Source: Octopus vulgaris (taxonomy: Eukaryota). Taken from it: a stretch of DNA of 64,000 nucleotides. The position numbers and the translations under genes are program-made. The notes below the pieces were generated by a model. The model was not told the origin of the DNA, made no database searches, and was given only the letters and a program-made list of their open reading frames with translations. The stretch spans positions 19,840,001 through 19,904,000 of the forward strand of contig OX597821.1 of assembly GCA_951406725.2 (NCBI GenBank). Reading direction: 5' to 3'. Position 1 is the first letter of the stretch; the number at the start of each line of letters is the position of its first letter. Below, piece by piece: positions 1 to 11,678 of this stretch.

Positions 1-446
1 TGTGAACCAGTAAATCAAACTTATCCGATCATCTGAAGCTGATGATGACACAAATATACACACCTGTTTAAATGTTATACTCGCATGAATAAATTCGGAA
101 CAATAAAATGACAGCGAATCTAATCAATGAAAATTTCTCCAAAATACCTCTCTACCAATATCTCCACTAGCCCCAATTTACCACCCAATTCAAATCCATA
201 TAGTAACGAAAGATTTTCTCTCCACACAAAAAAAAATATATATATATGAAACCAAAATTAACTTCCAAGCATCACAGTCCGATGATTGGTTCGCTGGCCG
301 ACAGTCAGAAGTCACAGTCGATTAAATTCTTATTTAAGAATAATGAATTGCCCTCCACGAAGTATAGAACAAACTTCAGATTAAGGTAAAATTGTTTTTA
401 TTACAAATAGAAAACATTGATATGTATATATATATATATATATATA

Positions 447-478
<32 letters not shown>

Positions 479-612
479 CCCGACGCCACTACCCCAACTC
501 CTCCACCACCCTTCTCCCCTCCCGATAGGCTCCATCCACCCACACCTAACCCCACTGCCCCTCCCTACAACCCCTTCTCCCCTCCCGATAGGCTCCATCC
601 ACCTACACCTAA

Positions 613-2915
613 CCCTACTGCCCCCCCCCCCAAACCCCAACCCCACACACCTCCCCAATCCCTCCCCCTCAGACCTCCACGAGACCTACCACCCCTCCTA
701 CTTCTATTCCACCCACCCCTTCTCCACTTCCGTCTGTAGTTACCATTCCCCCCGATCTTCCCCTCTCTGCGGCTGAACGCTCAGTCCTTGGTAGGGGTCT
801 GCGTTTCATCCCCCTCACTCCATCCTGTAAGGAATTCCAGACGCGAGTTGATGTCCACAGCTTTGTGCGCCGTGTCCGGTTGGGTGCGCATTACCACGAC
901 TCGCCACCCGCACCCAACGAAGAGGACTGCTTCACTGGCCTGGGCCGCCGACCATCCCCGTGGACGCCTACCCCTGGCCAGATCCTAGCAGTGGATCTTT
1001 TCGCGGGCGCTTGTCAGCGTGCATTGGAGCGGTTCAACTTCTCCAGGCGCCAACGCCGCCTCAACATCTCCCCGGCTGAGCTCTTGGCTCTTCGTTCCCT
1101 CCAACGGCGCGCTGACATTATCATCAAACCGGCTGACAAGGGTGGAGCTGTAGTGGTGTGGCGCGCGGACCTCTATAGGGCCGAGGCTTTCCGCCAACTC
1201 AATGACACCTCCTTCTATTCCCCTCTGCCCTCTAACCCCACACGTAGCTACCAACAGACGGTATCCTCTACTGTCCACGACCTCATCTCGTCCTCCCGTC
1301 TCCCCCGCACCGCATCCAACCTAATTGTGCGAACCCCACGTACCCCCACCATTTACCTCCTCCACAAAATCCATAAACCCAACAACCCTGGCCGCCCCAT
1401 CGTCTCCGCCTGTAACTGCCCCACGGAGCTCATCTCTAAATACCTCGACCGTGTCCTTGCCCCCTAGTGGCATCTCTTCCCTCCCACATCCACGATACCA
1501 ACCATGCTCTCCGGCTTTTCAACTCTTTCTCCTTTCCTCCCGGCTCCTCCAAAATCCTTTTTACTATGGACATCCAAAGCCTCTATACTGTTATCCCTCA
1601 CCACGAAGGACTGCAGGCCCTTCGACACTTTCTTGACCTCCGCTCTAACCCTGTACCTGACACCTCCACACTCATTCGTCTGGCCGAACTTGTCCTTACT
1701 CTGAACTGCTTCTCGTTCGCGGGCGAGTTCTACCATCAGGTCTCGGGAGTGGCCATGGGAACGCGAATGGGCCCCAACTATGCGAACCTGTTCGTTGGCT
1801 ATGTTGAGGCCCAAATATTCTCTAATTTCACTGGTCCCACTCCTGAACTATATGGTCGTTACATCGACGACATTATCGGTGCCACCTCACTCTCCCGCGA
1901 ACATCTAGATTCCTTCCTCTCTTTCGTCCAATCTTTCCATCCAGCCCTCCACTTCACTTCCACTATCTCCAACACCTCTGTCTCCTTCCTCGACATTTCG
2001 GTTACCATTCTTCACTCCACTCTTACCACCTCCATTCACTACAAACACACAGACTCACACTCATACCTCAACTTTTTCCTCCCACCCAGAACACACCAAG
2101 CTTTCCATCCCCTATTCCCAATTCCTCCGTCTACGTAGGCTCTGTAGTGACGACCATGACTTTGAGACTCAGTCTCAACGTATGGCTCACCACTTCACCC
2201 TACGTGGATACCCCCTCAACACTATCCACACCGCCCTTGCCAGAGCACGGTCCGTGGACCGTGTATCTGCTCTCTCTCCCCGAACCCGCCCTGTAGTCTC
2301 CCGCCTCCCTTTCCCCTCACTTACCACCCCACGACCCTACGTCTCCAACGCACCATTCTTCGAGCTTTCCGTCATCTCCAGTCCGACCCGTCCACTTCAC
2401 ACCTCTTCCCTAACCGACCCCTCCCCTCTTTCAAACGAGCCCACAACCTTCGAGACCTTTTGGTCCATAGCTCCTTCCCTGACCCTACCTCCCAACCCGG
2501 CTCGTTCCCCTGCTCCCGCCCACGTTGCCGCACTTGCCCTTACCTCTCCAACACCACCCGCCTCACTAGCACCCACCATCGACCCTATCCCATCATCCAC
2601 TCCTTCACCTGCACCTCCAGCAATATTATCTATTGCATCTCTTGCTCTCTCTGCAATTCCTTGTACATCGGACAAACGGGACGCCGCTTGGCTGACCGGT
2701 TCGCGGAACACCTTCGTGACATCCACCTTGCGAACGACACACCGGTCTCACGCCATTTCCGCTCCACCGGTCACTCCTTGCAACACCTATCTGTGTTCGG
2801 TTTGTCCTTACACAGAGGCCATCCGGATTCCCGTTTGCGCCGTGAACAGGAATTAATCTTCTCTCTTCGCTCTTATACGCCATTTGGTCTCAACTCTCCC
2901 CCCCTACTCATCTAA
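613..2915 (+). CDS. PLE polyprotein: reverse transcriptase + Cys linker + GIY-YIG endonuclease (frameshifted as assembled)
   Basis: Motifs IIIKPADKGGAVVV, KIHK..PGRPIVS, TMDIQSLYTVIPH, GVAMGTRMGPNYANLF, RYIDD, FLDI, SIPYSQFLRLRRLCS, CSRPRCRTC and IIYCISCSLCNSLYIGQTGRRLADRFAEH. Frame changes near 1465, 2075 and 2313, all in homopolymer runs. Confidence 0.92.
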
Positions 2916-3261
2916 CCCCCCTCTCCCCCCTCCTCACCTATCCTTTCCCCACTAACCCCTACTTCTTCAGTCCTTCATCCTTTCACCCCTACTCCCCTTC
3001 CCTTCTTCCCTCTTTCTCCCTCCCTCCTTCCCTCTTCCCCTTCCCTCTGCTCCCTCACTCCCTCACTCCCCTTCTCTCTCCCCCTCTCCCTCTTTCCTCC
3101 TTCCTCCCCCTCCTCCCCTTCATTCTCCCCCTCCTCTCTCTCCCCCCTCCTCTCCTCTTCCCACCTCTCCTCCCCCTCTTCGTCCCCTCCCCTTCTCCCC
3201 CCTCTCCCTCTTCTCCTCGCTACACCACACCACTTTACACATCACATCATATATGATGTGC

Positions 3262-3640
3262 CATACTAATACATACACCAACTAATACATACTAATACGT
3301 ACTAATACATACTAATACATACACCAACCCTATACATACACACGTCCAGACCCCTCATACGCACTTATACTCTCTCATACACACACACACACACTTATAC
3401 ATACTAATACGTACTAATACATACTAATACATACTAATACATACACCAACCCCATACATACGCACGTCCAGACCAATCCTACGCACTAATACTCTCTCAT
3501 ACACACACACACACACACACCCCCTTATACATACTAATACATACACCAACCCTATACATACACACGTCCAGACCCCTCCTACGCACTATTAGCTGGTCCT
3601 TCAACCCTATTATCAACCCTATTATCAACCCTATTATCTC
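3262..3640 (+). repeat. Composite tandem repeats in PLE 3' UTR
   Basis: Three related units of ATACTAATAC..ACACCAACCCTATACATACACACGTCCAGACC, followed by TCAACCCTATTA x3. Confidence 0.8.
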
Positions 3641-3771
3641 CCCTTATTTCGCTCTCGCGTCTCGTGTTTGATCTTTGACCTCTGGCCGAAATCAGATCGC
3701 CATGTTGATTCGTTAGCTATTGCACGCATTTTTTTTCTCTCCTTCTTTCTGTGTTTTTTTCTCTCTGTGTA

Positions 3772-3809
3772 TCTTTCTGTTGAAGAGCGTAGGCTCGAAA
3801 CGTTAAAGA
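3772..3809 (+). ncRNA. Minimal type I hammerhead-like motif with variant core in PLE 3' end
   Basis: TCTTT-CTGTTGAA-GAGC gtag GCTC-GAAA-CG-TT-AAAGA: helix I TCTTT/AAAGA, helix II GAGC/GCTC, palindromic helix III (AACGTT). The core deviates from CUGANGA. Confidence 0.6.
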
Positions 3810-3916
3810 CTTGTTTTATTTATATTTCCTGAACGCCATACTAATACAATTGTTCGTTTGTTTTCCACCTGCCTTCGTCTTTTGTCTATTTTCATAAAGC
3901 TTCCCGTTATATATAA

Positions 3917-3948
<32 letters not shown>

Positions 3949-3995
3949 GTATGTATATGTAAGTATGTATGTATATATGTATGCATATGTATGTG

Positions 3996-4027
<32 letters not shown>

Positions 4028-4287
4028 AATATATATATATAAATGTATACGTATAAGTATATGTCTATGCATATAAATATTAATAGATGTATAGTTTGTA
4101 TGTAATGTGAAAAGTGCAAAGATAATGCACACTTCGCCATACTCTCATTTAGTATATAAGTTCATGTGAACGTGTATTTTAATATCCGCTTCATTGAAAT
4201 GAAATTTCTACACAGCAGAACATTGGAGAGTTTGTTTACTTCAATCGTGAAATATATCGTATTGCCGGGAGAAGCGAATAAACATTG

Positions 4288-4384
<97 letters not shown>

Positions 4385-4480
4385 GTTTACATATGTTTAT
4401 ACCTTGTCTTGTACATGTATGCATACATACATACACAGATACACACACACATATATATATAGACACACCAATCTATCCCT

Positions 4481-4820
4481 AGCCTACGGAAAAGACCACG
4501 GTAACCTCTCTCTTCATTGACCGAGGTTACCGTGGTCTTTTCCGTAGGCTTTTCTTTCCACGGGTAAACCTCACCTGTCCTCCCCTTTACACTTCATATT
4601 GACATTTCTGTGATAACGATCCCTATTGATCAATTTTTTTCCTCCCCCCCTTTTTTTTTAACCCCCCTTTTTTTTGTCCTCTTTCTCTCCTTTTACGATC
4701 CCTTTTGATCGAAACTCCCCCTTCCTTTTTTTTTTTTTTTTTTTTAACCTTCAAAAGAAAAGCTCTACCTTGTAAATTGTTCTATCTGTGTGCAGCCCTG
4801 TGTGGCTAATAAAGAAACAT
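4481..4820 (+). mobile_element. Short (TATC)n-associated retroelement 3' end, copy 1, with 28-bp inverted duplication at its 5' junction
   Basis: Highly similar to 8250-8545 and ends GTGGCTAATAAAGAAACAT before TATC repeats. 4481-4508 is the reverse complement of 4523-4550. Confidence 0.75.
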
Positions 4821-5411
4821 ATATATCTATCTATCTATATATATATATATTTATATATATATATGTATACACGTAAATACACACACATATATAGCTCAAT
4901 TTCTCTCATATGTATATATGAAGAAGCACAGTTATGTGCACAAACACTTTTTATATACATGTATGCACTTAGGATTATATAGATATTTATATAAGTATGT
5001 CTTGTAACATGCTTGCTGTATATGTTTTATCATACTGCCGTTTATTAGTTTTTAAATAAAGCTTTTTATCACCACCACCACAACCACCACTACCACCATA
5101 TTCATCATCATCATCATCACCATCATCATCATCATTAATGTTATTAGTAGTTTACTTTTTTTTAAAATAATTTCCTGTTGCTTTTAATATCTCAAGATTG
5201 AATATGTCTTTTGTGGTTTCTGTTATAATAGCGGATAGATTGTTTTGTAAACATTACCTAGCGAGTACATCAGAAAACACCACAAACGATCATAAGCACA
5301 CATACACACACGCATACACACACACTCACACAGGCACACTCAAACACACACATACACACATTCACAATTTGTTATTATCATATAAATTTGTGATATCATA
5401 ACATTATATTT

Positions 5412-5507
<96 letters not shown>

Positions 5508-5782
5508 CGTGCGTGTGTGTGTGTGTGTGTTTTTGTATGTATATATGTTCATTCTTCGTTGTTATTCTTAACATATTCAGTGTATAAATCCCATAATTTT
5601 TTTATAAACGAAATCAATATTAATATAATCATTTCTTTTGCTCCCAATATCAGCATAACTAAATATCAAGTCCTTTTTCGAAGTGCGAGTCGCCAACTTC
5701 CATATTGCTTTACCAGAACATATATCATCCTCATCAGAAAGTATGAACGTCATTGAAATTTGTAACATTGAGGACATGGCTG

Positions 5783-5855
<73 letters not shown>

Positions 5856-5949
5856 AAGGGCGTTATTACACATAGATGCCACACGCTACTGAGGAGTAAA
5901 AAGTGTATATATGTATATATGTATATATATATATTTCCGTATATGTGTG

Positions 5950-6105
5950 TATATGTTTGTCCCTCCAGCATCACTTGACAACCGATGGTGTGTTTACGTC
6001 CCCATAACTTAGCGGTTCGGCAAAACAGACCGATAGAATAAGTACTAGGCTTCCAAAGAATAAGTCCTGGGGTCGATTTGCTCGACACAAGGCGGTGCTC
6101 TAGCA
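5950..6105 (+). mobile_element. tRNA-derived SINE, 3' part (same family as 43617-44039)
   Basis: CTTGACAACCGATG..CCCCATAACTTAGCGGTTCGGCAAAA..GGGGTCGATTTGCTCGAC is the reverse complement of the body of 43617-44039. Confidence 0.8.
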
Positions 6106-6176
6106 AGTAAAAGCTTAAAAGAGGAACAAGAGCGTTTCATGTCTATACATACATACATACATACATACATACGAAT

Positions 6177-6244
<68 letters not shown>

Positions 6245-6989
6245 GTAAAATATTCATTTATCAGTGGATGCTGCGTTAGAACACAAACACTGCAATATTT
6301 ACCAATGGAGAAAACTATCATAAGGTTATATGGTGTATAAAAGTACATCATAGCTATCACTCGCAGCAGGCAACAACCGTTAGTAGTATTCCTTTTGTCC
6401 CCATAGCTAAATGAATTGAAGTGATTGGCAATTCTTCGCTTAATATAACGTGAGATAGCTCCAATATAGAAACACCCCCTATCCTCTGAGAAATCTTACA
6501 TCTGTACACAAAATTTTTTATATTTACAATTAGTTAAGCGGACAAACCCTGTTCCTTGCACAATCGCATTTGAGAGTTCTACTAATTCTATTTATAATTT
6601 TTGCTTCAGTTTCAATACTGGTGATTTCTAAATTTTCCTGGCTATCTTCTAAGCTATTACTCTTTCCCACATTGACAAAATTCTGAGTACTGCCCTTTCG
6701 CGGATTCAAACATTTCCCTTACAGACTAATGCAGAGCTTGTTCTGGTAGCTTCCATTTTGTTGGTAGTTCTGCATAAGAACACGGAATTACCCAATGAGT
6801 GAAGTTTACCAGCACCAGTATATATTTCTATGGTTGAGTGCTATGTAATGGACCGTTGTGGACACCCGGCATCTCAACCTATCTTGAGACTAATACGGTA
6901 TCCACCTGGGTAACTTATCCCCATTATACCCCCTCTCTCTCTTTCTATCTATCTGTCTTATAATATATGCACGTATGCTTGTATGTATG

Positions 6990-7024
<35 letters not shown>

Positions 7025-7059
7025 ATAGAAATGGTAAGACAACAAAAAATGAAAGAGAC

Positions 7060-7110
<51 letters not shown>

Positions 7111-8187
7111 TGAAGAAGGAGAGAGAGGGTGTGTGAAAGGGTGAGATAGAGAGCGATAAAAGTGGGCAGATGAAAGTAATCTAGAACGCCAGAACGAATC
7201 AGAGAGTGGAAAAGTTCCCAGAAATAGAGAGAAAGACCCGTGCACACAAGCGTAAAGAAGTGAAATAAATTGAGCACTCTAATGTGAATTTAGAGGGTTT
7301 TCAATTATTGAAAAGTTGATGTTCAAAAATGGCTACTTGGAGTTTTACAATAGAAGATAGCACACAATATTTAACATACGATGAGAAGTGAATTTTTTTG
7401 GGCTGACAAGTGATTAGAAAGTAACACTTACATAAATCAAAATAGAAATGATTTATATAAAACATTGTGCCTGTAAGGGCATGGTGTGTATATGTGAAAT
7501 AATAATATATTATAAAAATAAGAATGTTGACTATATTATGAGTTTTCTACACAACGCTATTACGACGAGCCTAACGTATAGCGATTAAGTGGCTGCAAAA
7601 TCGAAATATGAAAGCATATTTTAATAATTGGGTTCTTAGGAGATTCTAAGATGCATTGGAAATATATTATTTTGAATTACCAATTTCTCAATGCATATTT
7701 CATCCGTTGCCATTGTGATATAATGCGAATAATTTCTGAATTAAAGCCTGCAGAGAAGATTTGAATGAAAATGACTATATATGTACGTGGTGGAATGGTT
7801 AAGATGGAAGCGAGTTTTAATGGAATTTTTGTCGGGCATGTACTTTTGTGGTAATACTGTCGAGTTCCGCATTAGAACAAGACATTAAATAAATTACTAG
7901 ACATTTACCGTCGAGTGGGCGATTGTTGGGGGTAAAGAATTACGAGTAAATCAGTAACAGTAATAAATAGCTGTTCAATAGTTTTCTGAAATAAGAAATA
8001 AAAATTCTTCCCCACACTTGCGAATTTTTAATTGCATAAGTAAGTCTATTTTCTGTATTTATAAAAAAGAAGACTTACCCGCGAATTATTTCCTAAACCG
8101 CGGGACACATATTCAAAAAGCAATAGATATCTCTATCCGTGATTCAAAATTATAGAGCCAAGTCAAACCTATATGTACATATAATTG

Positions 8188-8237
<50 letters not shown>

Positions 8238-8249
8238 CCTAACATGTGA

Positions 8250-8545
8250 CTTCATTAACCGAGGTTACCGTGGTCTTTTCCGTAGGCTTTTCTTTCCACA
8301 GGTAAACCTCACCTGTCCTCCCCTTTACACTTTATATTGACATTTCTGTGATAACGATCCCTATTGATCGATTTTTTCTTTTTCCTTTTATTTTTATCCC
8401 AGCCTTTTTTGCTTTCCTCTTTCTTTCCTTTTACGATCCATTTTGATCGAAAACCAAATCCCCCTATTTTTATCCCCAAAAAGAAAAGCTCTACCTTGTA
8501 ATTTGTCCCGTCTGTGTGCAGCCCTGTGTGGCTAATAAAGAAACA
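8250..8545 (+). mobile_element. Short (TATC)n-associated retroelement 3' end, copy 2
   Basis: Embedded in (TATC)n on both sides. Same 5' start (CTTCATT.ACCGAGG) and same 3' AATAAAGAAACAT end as copy 1. Confidence 0.78.
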
Positions 8546-8633
<88 letters not shown>

Positions 8634-9794
8634 AGCATATGTGTGTGTGTGTTTGTAAATATGCACTTAAAACACACATACACACAAACACATGTTTGTG
8701 TGTATATATATGACCTATATTCCAGCGACACCGAATGCGTTAAAAAGCGGAATCTTTTGGACAAGGTGGCTTGTCCGGCCCATCTTTGAAGGGGCGTGCA
8801 GGACATCAGAACCATGGCCAGCGAGGGTGTATGCGTGTGTATATATACCAGCTGTATGAGTGCATATGGATTTTGCATATGTATATGCTTCGTGTGTGGG
8901 AGTGAGAACTGACGGCACAGGCTCGTTGGTGTGCATGTCTGTTTGCTAAGCTATGCGTTCGAATGCTTGCGTGTACGTATCAGCCATGTGTGAGTACACG
9001 TTTGCACCAATATGTTGGGGTATGTTATATGTCATCAGTGTATATGCGTTGCGTTAGTATCAGGTGTATGATTGTATGCTTGCGAATACTTGTGCAGTAT
9101 AATCGTGTGTGCATTACGTGGATGGCAATGTATATGGATGACTGGTGGACGTGAATGAGTATTTGTTCGTTTATGTACGCATGAATGAGTACGTGTTTCT
9201 CAGAAAGAAAGTGTATGTATGCGTGTGTTCGTTTTTATCTGGAGCTTGCGTGTGCTTACATATATACGCACGCAATTGATATATATGCATGCATGAACAT
9301 GTCTGGTATATGCTAATGTGGCAGCAGCAACTTTGCTGGCTATGGAGTATTTGACGTTGGATTGAGATTTTGTGTTGTTAGAGTAGAAAAGAGTGAGGAA
9401 AAGTATACGTATATAAATGTATGTGTGCCTATGTGAATGCTCACACACCTATTTATATGGAGATAAACGTAGGAGGGAATCTATGCTGTTGGGAAGAAAG
9501 CCAAGTCTATAGTGCATCCAGGTAGAATTTAACCCGTGGTTATATTGCCGCTAGTGTTGTGATGCAGCCAATGTACTATATATGTTGTCGGTAAGCAATG
9601 GCTTCAAGTTCAGTAGGAGGGCGTCCTCAGATGGCAGCAACAATATCGATCGTATATCGTGATGACAAATACAGAAGATTGGTGGATAATATCCATTCTT
9701 TCGCAGGAACAGATTTAGCGATTTCAGGCGTCGGGAGAAAAAGATGGGGGAAAATATACGCGTACAGGACGTCACCAACTGTGTAAACAACATC

Positions 9795-10412
9795 AAGTAT
9801 AAAAACAAACGAGTTAAATACAAAAACAACGACGGAAAAATGGAGAACACGACAAGTAACACGGAGAAAGGCCCTTCATCAGTTGTCGGCTGTCTATCTA
9901 TTCATCATTTCGACCATTCAAAGATAATATGAGACTTCGAAGACAGTTACTCCCATAACCCCCACTCCCAAAAAATGTTGGATATAAGGAGGATCAAAGT
10001 TGAGAACAAAAACAGGACAGTGGAAACATAAAAAGAAACCGAACGAAAAGAATATGCAGGATCGTTAGACCAGAACGAGAGGAATATATTGAACGCAGGG
10101 TGAAATATTTTCTTTGGAAAGTGAAAAGATGGAAGAGAGAGATAGATAGAAAGAGAAGAGATTGAGGGATAGAAGACTCAAGTGCTTAGAATGTCATGCA
10201 TGAAAAGAAAGGTGGTCATGTGAAAAAAAAAGAAAGATGAACGATGGTCACGTGTGAGCAATGAGAGAGGAGACTCATATTGTAGTTGAATGCTGGAAAT
10301 GAGAAGTAGATAGATAACCGACAAATGATGAAGGGTCGTTCTCCGTGTTACTTGTCCTGTTTTCCATTTTTCTCTCGTTGTTTTGTATTTAACTCTTTTG
10401 TTTTCGTACTGC
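9795..10412. mobile_element. Diverged inverted pair of PLE-like 3' termini
   Basis: About 9800-9940 is the diverged reverse complement of about 10270-10410. The purine-rich spacer resembles the antisense of a Neptune-type 3' UTR and 61895-62450. Confidence 0.6.
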
Positions 10413-10419
10413 TTGGCAT

Positions 10420-11087
10420 TCGCGCCAGAAACTCCAATAAAAATATTTCAGTGTTTATGTGTTAATCTGAGGAAAATACAGTCTAAGGACAAGTACCAAG
10501 AGTGATAAAAATTAAAAGTCCAGTCAACATCATGCGTGTTTGGAGTGATCACTAGATATGGCCACGTTATACCCCCATTCATTTTCTCACACGGTCTCAG
10601 ATTAACATGGAGGCCTGGAAGAAGTAGCGCTGCTTTGGGCAAGAGGGTGGCTGCTGGCAGACTCTATGCTTGGTAACAGGTCTCTGCACCATGCCACACA
10701 AACAGCTTTCAGACAATTTCTACGACCACCTCACCACTAACATCGGGCCACCTACCTCCTCAGGCTGTCGCCCCCTTGATTATTATGTATGAGGCGCTCT
10801 TGAGCGAGTGACCAACAAAACTCCCTCTATCACCAAAGATGAACTGAAGGCAAGCATTAGGGTAGCATTCAGCAAATTAAACAAAGAGACCATCCAGAAG
10901 AGTTGCAGGAGATTCCGAGGTTGTCTGGAGGCTGTGGTTGAAACCAATCGCGATTTTATCAAATATATTTACTAAGTATTTCAAGTTATTTTTATGTAAC
11001 TTTGCTAAATATATCTGTAAAAATGACATGTCAGTTTTGTTTTCAGTTTTGCGTAATTTAGACGACAGTCTATTCGCCGCACCCCTG
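10420..11087 (+). mobile_element. Degenerate Tc1/mariner (maT/DD37D-like) transposon 3' part
   Basis: Disrupted translation includes VFGVIT..G.V.PPFIF, RVAAGRLYAW.Q.SAPCHT, PLDYYV, TKDELKASI and RFRGCLEAVVE. Ends in a TIR-like ...CGCACCCCTG followed by TA. Confidence 0.8.
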
Positions 11088-11247
11088 TATGTATGTATGT
11101 ATGTATGTATGTATGTATGTATATATATATGTATATTTATATATATATATATGTGTGTGTGTGTCTGTGTGTGTGTGTTTGTGTGCGTGTATGTATATAC
11201 ATATATTGTGTGTGCGTGCTTATATATACATACACACACATATATAT

Positions 11248-11291
<44 letters not shown>

Positions 11292-11293
<2 letters not shown>

Positions 11294-11586
11294 AAGGATG
11301 ACCACTAACCGGACATCCATTATGCTAGAAATCGACTCCCTATGGTCTTACCACGAAGAAAGGATTGTTCTCAAGAAAAGTTAGCAAACGCCAGAACTTT
11401 TCTTGAGAACATTCCTTCCTTAGTAGTAAGACCATAGGGAGTCGATTTCTAGCATAATGGATGTCCGGTTAGTGGTCATCCCACTTATATGTATGTAATA
11501 TAATTTTTCTGAATCTTCAGATTTTTCTGTTTCCTAGACCACTGATATTAATCAAATTAATAAACAATTTTTCACCCTTATTATTT

Positions 11587-11590
<4 letters not shown>
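11292..11590 (+). mobile_element. PLE-type terminus with near-perfect fold-back (about 87-bp arms, 12-nt loop) in (TA)n
   Basis: GGATGACCACTAACCGG..CAAGAAAAGTT at 11296-11382 pairs with AACTTTTCTTG..GTGGTCATCC at 11395-11481. Related to 34690-34780 and to the tail at 31660-31790. Confidence 0.8.
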
Positions 11591-11617
<27 letters not shown>

Positions 11618-11638
11618 GTGTGTGTGCGTGTTTATATA

Positions 11639-11678
<40 letters not shown>

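Larger units (their letters stand above)
479..3906 (+). mobile_element. Penelope-like retroelement (Neptune-type), near full length, inserted in a (TA)n microsatellite
   Basis: C-rich block bounded by (TA)n on both sides. It carries an RT + GIY-YIG reading frame, a pyrimidine-rich 3' UTR, tandem repeats and an HHR-like motif near its 3' end. Confidence 0.93.

Noticed and set aside
2182-2856. 224-aa Pro/Ser-rich ORF and antisense ORFs over the PLE
   Set aside because: Only the first 44 or so codons are the true PLE frame. The rest are shadow frames of C-rich sequence.
5670-5745. Minus-strand CTGATGA ... GAAA
   Set aside because: No compatible helix I/III or UH cleavage site.
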